This document shows, one piece after another, positions 1 through 15,000 of a DNA stretch of 64,000 bases; the stretch's first letter is position 1; every line of letters begins with the position of its first letter. The position numbers and the translations under genes were made by a program. Origin of the DNA: Somniosus microcephalus (taxonomy: Eukaryota); assembly GCA_052327205.1 (NCBI GenBank), contig JBMRGM010000036.1, forward strand, positions 26,164,001-26,228,000, given 5' to 3'. A model generated the notes under the pieces. The model was given only the letters and a program-made list of their open reading frames with translations. It searched no databases and had not been told where the DNA came from.

Positions 1-3000
1 CAACATTCCCTACAATCATTAATTTATCCATCCTTCCATCGGTTCACTCATTCAATCACATCCATCCAACAACCTGCCATCCAATAATCCTTCCATGATT
101 CATCTTTTCATCTAAACATCCTATCATCCAATCCACTCATTCAATAACTCCCCGCTCAGCAATCCTTCCAAAAATCCATCCATCCACTCCACCGCCTGGG
201 AATCCAGCACTGCCTTCTATCATTCATCCATCTATCTATTGAACCATACATCCATCCATCACTCCATCCAACCAATCAATCAAGCTTCTATCCAACAATC
301 TCGCCAAATATCCCACAATCCATCAATTCAAATAATTCTCCATTAATCTCTCCCTCCATCGCTCCAATTAAGAATTGCTGAAACAACCAATCCATTCAAC
401 TTCCCCTCGATTCATCCATCCCTTTATCAATTAAACAGCCTGCCTATCCCACAATCACTCTGATCAACCACCCATCCATCCAACACTCTCTTCGTTCATT
501 CATCCATTTAACCAAATCTCCACCCATCACTCCCTGAATTGAATCATCCCTTTATCCGTCTCACATTCCCTCTAATCAATCATACATCCACTCGAACTCC
601 TCTCTTCCCTACACACTCACTATTGATTGTAGTCTCAAACCATAGCTCATCAATCGAGCCGGCCCTCTATTCGGTCATTGCTCCATAAATCTACCACCTC
701 TCCTTCCAACATTTCCTCCAATCTTTATACAAATCATCCACTGGTATGCAACCATCGAAGACTCCCTAATGTATTACATTTTCCTTTCCATTTGTGCATT
801 CACTCAAACTCTCATCTTTTCAACACCTCTTCCATTCAATATGCATCATTCATCTATCCATCACCTCAACCAATCACTCATCCGTACATATCTTCAACCT
901 CCCTCCAAACATCCAACAATCTGTCCATCCAACCAGTCTTCTATCCAACCCTTCCTCCAAACATACAACAGTCCATCCATTCAAGCAATTATCCGTTCAA
1001 ATCTACCTCCATTTATTCATCATTGTTATTCTTCAAACCACTCATCCATCGAAGGTCCCCTTTACACATTCATCCCTATATCAGTTCAGCTAACTTTCCA
1101 CCCCAAAATTCTTACCAATAATCCATCCAATGAAAGAACCATCCACCCAAATTTGCCAACATGCATTTATCTTCCACTCATTCAATCACCCTCTCATTCA
1201 ACTTCCACATCATTCATTCATCTGTTTATCAATTAACCTGCCTTTCTATCCAACAATCGCTCTGATCAACCACACAACCATCCATACTCCCGTCGTTCAT
1301 TCTTGTGTCGATTGAACCTCTCATCACTCTTTCCAACTATCCAAGCATCCATCCATTCACTCAGCTACGCTTTCTATTCTTTAATCGCTCCAGGATTGAA
1401 CGCCCTCTCCATCCAAAATTGCCTCCAAACATCAATCAGTCCATTCACTGATTTCCACTCGTTCATTTCTTCATCAATTTATTCATTCATTCAAATTCCC
1501 GTTCAGTCAAAACCTCTTCTGTTGAATAGTCCATCATTCATCTATCCATCACCTCCACCAGTCATCCATCAATTCAACAGCGCCCCATCCAAAACAGCTT
1601 CCTAATATCCATTAATCAGCCGGCAATCCCTTCCATCTTTCAGCCATCGACCAATCCATCCATCCGCCACTCCCTCTAAACTTTCCTCCTTCCATCCACC
1701 CTTCCAACCAGTCTTCTAAGCAAACCTTCATTCAAATTTTTTTAAAAATGTTTTTATTCATTGATGGGATGTGGGCATCGCTGGCTGGCCAGGCCTGCAT
1801 TTAGTGTTAATCCCTAATTGCCCTTGAGAAGATGGTGGTGAGCCACCTTCTTGAACAGCTGCAGTCCCTATGGTGTAGGTACACCCACAATGCTGTTAGG
1901 AAGGGAGTCCCAGGATTTTGGCCCAGCGATAGTGAAGGAATGGCGATACAGTTCCAAGTCAGGATGGTGAGTGGCTTGGAGGGGAACTTGTAGGTGATGT
2001 TCCCATGCGTCTGCTGCCCTTGTCCTTCTAAGTGGTAGAGGTCACGGGTTTGGAAGGTGCTGGTGAAGGAGCTTTGGCGGGTTGCTGCAGTGCATCTTGT
2101 AGATGGTACACACTGCAGCCACAGTGCGCTGGTGGTGGAGGGAGTGAATGTTGAAGGTGGTGGAGAGCGCCAATCAGGCGGGCTACTTTATCCTGAATGG
2201 TGTCGAGCTTCGAGTGTTGTTGGAGCTGCACTCATCCAGGCAAGTGGAGAGTATTCCATCATACTCCTGACTTGTGACTTGTAGATAGCGGAAAGGCTTT
2301 GGGGAGTAAGGAGGAGAGACACACCCGCAGAATTCCCAGCCTCTGGCATAACGCATCCATTCAAACAATTATCCATTCAACTCTCCCTCCATTCATTGAG
2401 ATTCGTAAACTTTAAAATACACTTAATCTAAATTCGCCTTCATTCATTAATCCCTTTTTTAATTCAACTACCTGTCCATCCCACAAATCTGATTAATCGT
2501 CCAACCATTCGACTTCCCATCCATCCAACTCTACCGCCATTCAATGATCTGTCTGCTCATTCAACCACCCATCCATCTCCCATGCCATTATTTCATCCCT
2601 TTATCAGTTCAACAAACTTTCCATCCAACAATCCCTATGACAACCGACACAAATATCCATCACTCCCTTCATTCTTTCATTCATCCCCACATCCATTCAA
2701 CTACATATCCATCTCACGATCCCTCTAATCAATCCCCCATCCACACAAACACCTCCCTATCCAAATCTCTCTAATCATTCTACTCTCAATCAACATCTCA
2801 TCGATCCAGGACTCCCTTTATTCTTTCATCCCTCCATAAATTCTAACACCTCTCCGCCAACATTGCCTCCAATAATCATTGAAAACATTTAACATTCCAT
2901 CCAAACACCAATCAATCCAAACAATAAAACATCCATTCATCCAACAGCGCCTCCACTCAAATAAATCCATCCATTGAAATTTCCATTTATTCAACATTGC

Positions 3001-6000
3001 CTACATTCATCGTTCAGTCCATCCATTGGTTATCAATAATCAAATGCTCCCTACAATTTATTATTCTTCCATCGATTTATGTATACGTCCAAACTCTCAT
3101 CCCTTCAAAACCCATTCTATTCAATAATCCATCATGCATCAATCCATCACATCCACCAATCATCCATCCATTCAACACCACGCCATCCTGCACTCCCTGC
3201 AAATATCCATCTAACCATTCAAACACCTGGCCCTCCAACACTCCCTTGAATCATTCATGCATCAATTGGAAAACGCATTTATCCATGACTCCCTCCAAAT
3301 ATCCCACAATCCATTCATAGATCCAGTTATCCATTCAACCCTCCCTCCATTCATTCACATCACCACTCTTTCAACCACCCATCCAATGTCCCCTCCATTC
3401 ATTTCTATCCATTCAACTACCTGTCCATTCCAATATTCGGACCAATAATCCATCCAATACCCATACACATCCATTTAACTCTCCCTTAAATCTGACATTG
3501 CCACACTTTGAACCACCCATTAATCTAAATTCCCCTTCATTCATTAATCCCTATATTAATTCAACTACCTGTCATTCCCACATTTTTGATCTATCGTCCA
3601 TCCATTCAACTTCCCATCCATTCAACCCTCCCTCCATTCATTCATCTCTATGCTCATTAAACCACCCATCCATCTCCCACTCCATTAATGCATCCCTTGA
3701 TCACCAACTATATTTCCATCCAATATTTCCATCCAATAATCCCTATGATAACCGATCCAACCATCCACCTCTCCCTTCATTCATTCATCCCTACACCCAT
3801 TCAACTGCATGTCCCTCCCACATTCCCTCTAATCGATCTCCCATCCATACAAACAACTCTCTATCCAAATCTCTCTATTCATTCAACTCTCAATCATCTA
3901 CCCAGCACTCCCTTTATTCTTTCATCCCTCCTTAAATTCAACCTCCTCACCATCCAATATGCCCTTCCATTATTATTTACCCCATCCACAGAACTATCCG
4001 GTCATCCAGCATTGCCTCAAATGATCAGCCTATCCATCCAAAATTTTCAATCATCCAACACTCCCTACAATCTTTCATTTATCCATCCTTCCGTGTGTTC
4101 ACTCATTCATTGAAGCACTCACCCATCCAACGCCCTTGCTATCCAATAGTCCTCCCATTATTCATCTATTCATCACAGCAACCTATCATCCACTCATTGA
4201 ACAACTCCCCATCCAGCTTTCCTAACAAAAATCCACCCATCCATTCCACCACCTGGCAATCCAGTGGTCCCTTCAATCATTCATCCCTCTATTGAACCAT
4301 CAATCTATCCATCACTCCCACTAATCATTAAAAACCCTTCCATCCAGTCAATCAAGCTTCTATCCAACACTCTTGCCAAACATCTAATAATCCATCAATC
4401 AACAAATTCTCTTAATATCTCCATTCATCGTTTCACAACTGCTTTGATTAAACAACCAATCCGTTCAATTTCCCCTCAAGTCATGCATCCCTTTAACAAT
4501 TCAACTGCCTGCCCATCCCACAACTCCTCTGATCAACCAGCCATCCATCCAACACTCTCTTTATTCATTCATGCCTAATCCCTTAAACCAAACCTCCACT
4601 CCTCACTCCCCAGAATCACTCATCCTTTATCCATTCAACTTCCTCTCCATCTCACAATCCCTCTAATCAATCACACATCCACTCAACCTCCTCTCTATCC
4701 AACACATTCACTATTGATTCTACTCTCAAACCACAGCTCATTAATCCAGTGCACCCTCTATTCTTATATCTATCTATATATTCTACCGCCTCTCCATCCA
4801 ACATTACTTCTAATAATCATTAAATCCATCCACAATTCCTTCCAAACAATCAATCAAAGCAACAGAACTTCCAGCCATCCAACAGCACCCCCAGTCATAA
4901 ATGAGTCCATCCATTGAAACGTCCATTTATTCAACATGGCCTCCAATCATCATTCAGTCCATCCACTGGTTATCAATAATCCAGTACTCCCTTCAATTAT
5001 TCATTCTTCCATCGAATTATGCATTAATTCAAACTCGCATCCATTCAAAACCTATTCTATTCAATAATCTATCATTCATCTATCCATCACCTCTACCAAT
5101 CACACATCCATTCAGCACTCGTTCCAGACACCTATCTAGCCACTCAAACACCTGCCCTTCCAGCGCTCCCTACAATCATTCATCCATCCATTGAATAACA
5201 CATCTATTCACTTCTCCCTCCAACCATCCCACAATCCATTCATCGAACCAATTATCAATTCAGCCCTACCTCCATTCATTCACATCGCCACATTTTAAAC
5301 CTCCCAGCCAATGACACCTCCACTCATTCATCCCTTTATCAATTCAACTAGCTTTCCATCCCAAAATTCAGCACAATAATCCATTCAATCAAATAAACGT
5401 CCATCCAACTCTCCCTACATGCATTGACATTGCCACACTTTGAACCACCCATTAATCTACATTTCCCTTAATTCATTAATCCCTTTATTCATTCAACTAC
5501 CTCTCCATTCCACAAATCTGACTAATCGTCCATCCATTCAAACACCCATCCATCCAACTCTCCCTCCAATCAATCAACTCTCTGCTCATTCAACCACCCA
5601 TCCATCTCCCATGTCATTATTTCATCCCTATCAGTTCAACAACCTTTCCATCCAACATTCCCTATGATAACCGAAACAAATATCTGTCATGTCCTTCGTT
5701 CATTCATTCATTGCTACATCCATTCAACTGCATATCTATCGCACAATCTCTTTAATCAAACTCCCATGCACACAAATGCCTCTATTCAAATCTCTGTATT
5801 CATTCTACTCTCAATCGACAACTCATCCATCCAGCATGCCCTTGAATCTTTCATGCCTCCATAAATGCCACCACCTCTCCATCGAGCATTCCCGACAATC
5901 ATTAATTAACCCATCGACAGAACCATCCATTCATCAAGCATTGCCTCCAACGATCAGCCAATCAATCCAGTAATTTACAGTCATCCAACACTCCAATATC

Positions 6001-9000
6001 GATACTTTATCCCTCCTTCCATCTGTTCACTCATTCATTCAAGCACTCACCCATTCAACAGCTCGGCTATTCAATAATCATTCCATTGTTCATTTTTCAT
6101 CACAGCAACCTATCAGCCACTCATTGAGCAACTCCCCACCCAGCAAACCTTCCAAACATCCATCCATCCACTCCACCACCTGGCAATCCAGCACACCCAT
6201 CAATCATTCATCCATCTATTGAACCATCCATCCATCACTCCCCCAAACCATTCAACCACCCAGTCAATCAAGCTTGTGTCCAGCAGTCTCGCCAAACTGC
6301 CCATAAACCATCAAATCAACAATATCTCCATTAATCTCTCACTCCTTCGTTTCACATCACCATTTATTAAACCACCAATCCATTTAACGTCCCCTCGTTT
6401 CATTCATCCCTTTATCAATTAAACTGCCTGCCCATCCCACAATCCCTCTGATCAATCACCCATCCAACAAACACTGTTTATTCATTCATCATTTAACCCA
6501 GTCAACCAAATCTCCACCCATCATTCCCTGGATTAATTCATCCTTTCTCCATTCAACTGCCTATCCATCTCACAATATCTCTAATCAATCACACATCCAC
6601 TCAAACTCCTCTCTATTCAACAGATTCAGTATTGATTGTACTCTCAAACCACAGCTCATCAATCCAATGCAAACTCTATTCTTTTATCTCTGTATAAATT
6701 CTATCTCCTCTCCATCCAACATTTCCTCCCATCTTCATGCAATCTATCCACTGATATGCAATCTTCGAATACTCCCTACTGTAATTCAAGTTTCTTTCCA
6801 TTTATGCATCCATTCAACCTCTCATCCATTCAACAGTCCATCATTTTTCTATCCATCACCTCAACCAATCACTCATTCGTCCATTACCTCCCCATCCATC
6901 ACTCCCTCCAAATATCCAGCCATCCATCAATCCAACTAGTCTTCAATCACACCCTCCCTCCAAAGGTAGCACAATCCATCCATTCAAACAATTATCCATT
7001 CAATTCTCCCTCCATTCATTCACCATCGCTATTCTGCAAACCACCATCGAAAGTCCCCTTTATTCATTCCTCCCTTTATCAATTCAACTTCCTTTCCATC
7101 CCTCCTCAAATAACGATGCACTCAAATCACCCTACATGCATTTATCTTCCACTCATTCAACCACACTCTCATTCACCTTCCACACCAATTATTCATCAGT
7201 TTTTCAATTAACCTGCATTTCTAACCAAATATCTCTGACCAACCATCCAACCATCCTCCACACCATTCATTCAGTCTTCCCTGCACACATTCAACTTCTT
7301 ATCCATCTCAAAATCCCTCTAATCAATCTCTGCTCCACACAAACACCTCTATATCCAGATCTCTCTTCATTCTACTCTCAATCGACAACTGATCCATATA
7401 GCAACCCTACATATATTCTACCATCTTTCCATCCAACATTGCCTCCAATAATCATTCAATCCATCCAAAATTCCCTCCAAACATCAATCAATCAAACCAA
7501 TAAACCTTCCATTCATCCGACATTCTCTCTAATCATATTTGAATCCATCCATTGAAACTTCCATATATTAAACATTGCCTTCAATCGTCATTCAATTCAA
7601 CCACTGGTTATCAATAATCCAGTACGCCCTTCAATTATACATTCTTCCATCGAATTAGGCATTCCTTCTAAATCTCATCCAATCAAATATTTCTATTCAA
7701 TAAACCATCATTCCTCTAATCATCACCTCAACCAATCATCCATCCATCCAACATCACATTATCCAGCTTTCCTTCCAAACATCCATCTAGCCACTCAAAC
7801 ACCTGATGCCCCCTCTGATCATTCATCCATCCATTGGATAATGCATCTATTCAACCCGCCATCCAAACATCCCACAATCCATCCATCGAACAAAATATAA
7901 ATTCAGCTCTCCCTCCATTCAATCACATCACCACGCTTTGTACCACCCCTCCAATGTCTCCTCCATTCATTCACCCCTTTATCATTTCAACTAACTTCCC
8001 ATCCCGAAATTTTGCCCAATAATCCATTCAATCAAATAACCACCCATCCAACTCTCCCTACATGCATTTATCTCCAACTCATTCAACCACCTTCTGATCC
8101 AACTTCCACACCATTCATTCTTTCCTTTATCAATTAACCTGCCTTTCTACCCAACAATCTCTCTGATCAACCAGCTGAACAACCATCACTCACTTCATTA
8201 ATTTATCCCTGCATCCATTAAACCAGGTGTCCATCTCACATCCCTCTAGTCTACAACCCATCTACATAAACACTTCTCCTTATAAAACTTCTATATTCAT
8301 TCTACTCTAAATCCAATAATCATCCACCCAGCACACCCTCAAATGTTTTGAGCCCTCCATAAATTCAAACAATTCTCAATCCAACAATCCTTCCAATCTT
8401 CAATCCATACACTGATACATTCATCCAATATTCGCTCCAATCAACCAATCATCCACTGATTTACAATAATACAACACTCTCTACAACCTTTCATTTACCC
8501 ATCCATCGATTCAGTCAGTCATTCATTCAAACAGTCATTCATTCAACACCCATTCCATTATTCATTTTTTTCTTGCCATTATTCTGCAAATCTACCATAC
8601 ATTCAACAACTCCCCAATCAGCATTCCTGCCAAACATCTGTCCATCCAGCGCTCCAATCAATCATTCATCTATTGATTGAATGCAAGCCATTCATCACAC
8701 TTTCCAATCATCCAAGCATCCATCCATTCACTCAATTGTGGTCTCCATTAATTAAGCACTCCTGAATTGAACCACCTCTCCATCCAACATTGCCTCTAAT
8801 CATCAATCACTCCATAAACTGATTGCCAGTCATCCAATACTCCCGACCGTCATTCATTTATCCATCCATGTATGCATTCATTCAAATTCTCGTCCATTCA
8901 TAGCCTCTTCTATTGAATAATCTATCATTCGTCTATCAATCACCTCCAGCAGTCATCCACCCAACAGCGCCCATTCCAGCATTGCTTCCAAATATCTACC

Positions 9001-12000
9001 AACCAGCTGGCAATCCCTTCAATCCTTCATCCATCAAATCAAACACACAGCCATCCAACTATCCATCCATCCAAGCATCCTTCTATTTAAACATCCGTTC
9101 AAATATACCATAATCCATCCATTCAACCAATTATCCATTCCGCTCTCCCTCCATTCATTGACATTGTCATACTTTGAACCACCCATTAATATAAATTACG
9201 CTTCATTCAATAATCCCTTCATAATTTCAACTATCTTTCCATCCCACAAATCTAATCCATCGTCCATTGGTTCAACTTCCCATCCATCCAACTCTCCCTG
9301 TATTCATTCATCTCTCCACTCATTCAATCATCCATCCATCTCCCATTTCATTATTTCATCCCTTTATCAGTTCAACTATCTTTCCATTCAACAATCCCTG
9401 TGATAACCGCCCCTACAATCCATCACTCCCTTCATTCATTCCTAAATCCATTCAACTGCAAATCCTCTCAATACATCTAAAAACTCCCATCCACACAAAT
9501 ATCTCTCTATCCACAATCTCTGTATTCGTTCTGCTCTGAATCGACAACTCATCCATCCAGCATTCCCTTGATTCTTTCATGCCTCCATAAATTCAACCAC
9601 CTCTCCATGCAGCATTCTCTCCAATCATTAATTAACCGAGCGACAGAACCATCCATTCATCCAGCATTGCCTCCAACGATCAGCCAATCCATCCTGTAAT
9701 TTCCAATCATTCAACTTTCCCTAAAATGATTCATTGTTCCATCCCTCCGTGTGTTCACTCATTCATTCAATCACTCATCTATCCAACACCCCTGCTATCC
9801 AACAATCATTCCATTATTCATCTATTCATCATAGCAACCTATCATCCAATCCACTCAGTCAATAACGACACATGCAGCAATCCTTCCAAAAATCTGTCCA
9901 CCCACTCCACTGCCTGGGAATCCAGCACTGCCTTCAATCAATCATTCATCTATTGAACCATCCACACATCCTTCGCTCCATCCAACCAACCTTCCATTCA
10001 CTCAATCAAGCTTCTATCCAACAATCTCACTAAACATCCCACAATCCATCAATTCAAAAAATTCTCCATTGAACTCGCCCTCCATCGTTTCAAATCAGCA
10101 TTGATTAAACAACCAATCACTTCAACTTGCCCTCAATTCATTCATCCCTTTATCAATTAAACCACCTGCCCATCCCACAATCCCTCTGATCAACCATCCA
10201 TCCGTCCAACTCTCTTTATTCATTCATCCTTTCATCCATTTAAACAAACCTCCACCCTTCACTCCCTGAATTCATCCATCCCTTTATCCATCTCAGATTC
10301 CCACTAATCAATCACACATCCACTCAAACTCCTCACTTCCCTACACTCACAATTGCTTCCAGTCTCAAACCATAGCTCATCAATCCAGCCTGCTCTCTAT
10401 TCTTTCATCTCTGCATAAATTCTACCATCTCTCCTTTCAACATTTCCTCCAATCTTTATACAATCCATTCACTGATATGCAATCGTTGAATACTCCTTAA
10501 TGTAATTATTTTTTCTTTCCATTTGTGCATTCACTCAACCTCTATTCCTTTCAACACCTCTTCTATTCAATATCCATCAGTCATTATGCATCACCTCAAC
10601 AAATCACTCATCTGTACATATATTCAACATCCATCACTCCCTCCAACCATCCAACCAGTCTTCTAACCAACACTCCCTCCAAACATACCACAGTCCATCC
10701 ATTCAAATCTACCTCCATTTAGTCATCGTTGTTATTCATCGAACCACTCATCCATCGAAAGCCCCCTTTACACATTCACCCGTTCATCAATTCAACTATC
10801 TTTCCACCACAAAATTCTTACCAATAATCCGTCTAATGAAAGAACCATCCGCCCAAATTTGCCAACATGCATTTATCTTCCACGCACTCAACCACCCTCT
10901 CATTCAACTTCCACAGCATTCATTCATCTGTTTATCTATTAACCTGCCTTTCTATCCAAAAATCTCTGATCAACCACCCAACCTCCCATCATTCATTCTT
11001 CTATCGATTGATCTAACATCCATTCATCACACTATCCAACCTTCCAAGCATCCGTCCATTCACTCAGCTACACACTCTATTCTTTAATCCCTCCAGGATT
11101 GAACCATCTCTCCATCCAGCATTGCCTCCATCGTCAATCACTCCACACGCTGATTTCCAATCATCCATAACTCCCTGCAATCATTCATTTCTTCATCAAT
11201 TTATGCATTCATTCAAACTCCCTTCCATTCAAAACCGCTTCTATTGAATAATCCATCATGCATCTATCCATCACCTCCACCAGTCATCCATCAATTCAAC
11301 AGCACCCCATCCAAAACTGCTTTCAAATATCCATCAACCAGCCGGCCATCACTTCAATCATTCATCCATTGACCAATGCATCCATCCATCACTCCCTCCA
11401 AACATTCATCCATCCAACCAGTCTTCTAAGCAAACCTCCATTCAAATAAACCATAACCCATCCATTCAAACAATTATCCATTCAACTCTCCCTCCATTCA
11501 TTGACATTGCCTCACTTTGAACCACCCATTAACCTAAATTCGCCTTCATTCATTAATCCCTATATTAATTCAACTACCTGTCCATCTCACAAATCTGATT
11601 AATCTTCCATCCAGTCAACTTCCCATCCATCCAAATCCCCCTCCATTCAATCATCTCTCTGCTCATTCAACCACCCATCCATCAACCAAGCCATTATTTC
11701 AAACTTTAGCAGTTCAACAACCTTTCCATTCAACAGTCACTATGATAACCGATCCAACCATCCATCTCTCCCTTCATTCATTCATCCCTACATCCATTCA
11801 ACTGCATTGAGCTCCCACATTCCCTCTAATCAATCTCCCCTGTACACAAACACCACTATCCAAATCTCTCTATTCATTCAACTATCAATCGACAATCCCA
11901 TCGATCCAGGACTCCCTTTGTTCTTTCATTCCTCCATAAAATCAACCTCGTCTCCATCCAATATAAACTTCCATTATTAAATCCCCCATCCACAGTGTTA

Positions 12001-15000
12001 TCCGGTCATCCAGCATTGCCTCAAATGATCAGTCTATCCATCCAGTAATTTCCAATCATCATACACTCCCTATCATTCATTTATCCATCCTTCCATGTGT
12101 CCACTCATTCATTGAAGCACTCACACATCCAACGCTCCTGCTATCCAATAATCATTCCATTATTCATCTATTCATCACAGCAACCTATCATCCACTCATT
12201 GAACAACTCACCGTCCAGCTTTCCTAACAAAAATCAACCCATCCACTCCACCACCTGGCAAGCCACCGCTCCCTTCAATCATTCATCTATCTATTGAACC
12301 GTCCATCCATCCATCACCAACCAATCATTAAAACACCCATCCATCCACTGAATCAAGCTTCTATCCAACACTCACACCAAACATCCCACAATCCATCAAT
12401 CAACAAATTCACTATTAATATCTCCCTCCATCATTTCACAACTGCATTGATTAAACAACCAATCCCTTCAATTTCCCCTCGAGTCATTCATCCCTTTAAC
12501 AATTAAACTCCCTGCCCATCCCACAATCCCTCTGACCAACCAGACATCCCTCCAGCACTCCCTTTATTCATTCATGCCACAAATCCCTTAAACAAATCTC
12601 CACTCCTCACTACCCAGAATCACTCATGCTTTATCCATTCAATTTCCTATCCATCTCTCAATCCCTCTAATCAATCACACAGCCACTCAACCGCCTCTCT
12701 ATCCAGCACATTCCCTCTTGGTTCTACTCTCAAACTACAGCTCAGCAATCCAGTGCACCCTCTATTATTTTAAATCTCTATATATTCTACTGCCTCTCCA
12801 TCCAAAATTGCCTCCAATAATCATTCAATCCGTCCATAATTCATTCCAAACATCAATCAATCCAAGCAAAAAACCTTCCATTCATCCATCAATGCCTCCA
12901 ATCATAAATGAGTCCATCCTTTGAAAAGTCCATTTATTCAACATTGCCTCCAATCATCATTCAGTCCATCCACTGTTTATCAATAATCCAGTACTCACTT
13001 CAATTATTCATTCATCCATCGAATTATGCATTCATTCTAACTCTCATCCAATCAAAACCTATTCTATTCAGTAATCCATCATTCATCTATCCATCACCTC
13101 CACCAACCATCCATCCATCATCACGCCATCCAGCACTCTTTCCAGACATCCATCTAGCCACTCAAACACCTGGCTTCTAGCGCTCCCTTCAATCATTCAT
13201 CCATCCATTGGACAACGCATCTATCCAAACCCCCATCCAAACATCCCTCAATCCATCTGTCAAACCAATTATCCATTCAGTTCTCCCTCCATTCAGTCAC
13301 ATCGCCACTCTTTATACCATCCCTCCAATGCCCCCTCCATTTCATCCCTTTATCATTTCAACTACCTTCCCATCCCAAAATTCTGCCCAATAATCCATTC
13401 AATCAAAAAACCACCATCCCGCTCTCCCTACATGCATTTATCTCCAACTCATTCAACCACCCTCTAATCCATCTTCCACACCATTCATTCATCCATTTAT
13501 CAATTAACCTGCCTTTCTACCCAAAAATCTCTGCACAACCAGCCAAACAACCATCACTCACTTCATTCATTCATCCCTACATCCATTAAACTACATGTCT
13601 ATCTCACATCCCTCTAATCAATAACGCATCCACATACACTTCTCTATACTCAGTGTACTCTCAATCCAATGACGATCCACCCAGCACACCCTCTATTGTT
13701 TCAGCCTTCCATAAATTCAAACACATCTCAACCAACAATCCTTCCAATCATCAATCAATCCATACATTGAACCATTCATTCAATATTCCCTCCAATATTG
13801 AACCAATCATACACTGATTTACAATAATACAACACTCTCTACCATCTCGCATTTACCCATCCATCGATTCAGTCATTCATTCAACAGTCATCCATTCAAC
13901 AGCAATTCCGTTATTCATTTTTTTCTTGCCATTATTCATCAAATCTACCAATCATCCGTTCAACAACTCCCCAATCAGCATTCCTTCCAAACATCTGTCC
14001 ATCCAGGCACGCACCTGGACATCCAGCGCACCCTTCAATCATTCATCTACCGATTGAACGACCAGCCATTTATCACACTGTCCAACCATCCATCCATTCA
14101 CTCAAATGTAGTCTCCATTATTCATTTCCTCCTGAATTGAACCACCTCTCCATCCAACATTGCTTCTAATTATCAATCAATCCATACACTGATTTTCACT
14201 CATCCAATACACCCTACCATCATTGAATTATCCATCCATTTATGCATTCATTCAAATGCTCATCAATTCAAAGCCTCTACTACTGAATAACCTATCATTC
14301 ATCTATCCATCACCCCCACCAGTTATCCACCCAACAGCGTCCATTCCAGCACTGCTTCCAAATATTCATCAACCAGCTGGCCATCCCTTCAATCATTCAT
14401 CCATCCATTCAAACACCCATCCATCCATCACTCCTTCCAAACATCCAACTATCCATCCATCCAAACAGTCTTCTCTGCAAATCACCGTTTAAATATACCA
14501 TAATCCATCCATTCAACCAATTATCCATTCCACTCTCCCTCCATTCATTGATATTGCCATACTTTGAACCACCCATTAATCTAAATTCCCCTGCATTCAT
14601 TAATCCCTTCATTATTTCAACTATCTTTCCATCCCACAAACCTGATCAATCGTCCATCCATTCATCTTCCCATCCATCCAACTCTCCCTCTATTCATTCA
14701 GCTCTCCACTCATTCAACCACAGATCCATCTCCCATTCCATTATTTCATCCTTTTATCAGTTCAGCTACCTTTCTATCCAACAATCCCTGTGATAACTGC
14801 CTCTATCATCAATCACTCCCTTCATTAATTCATCCCTAAATCTAGTCAACTGCATATCCTCACAATTCCTCTAATTAAGCTCCCATCCACACAAATACCT
14901 CTCTATCCAAAATATCTGTATTCATTCTACTCTGAATCGACAACTAATCTATCCAGCATGCCCTTGATTCTTTCATGCCTCCATAAATATAACCACCTCT

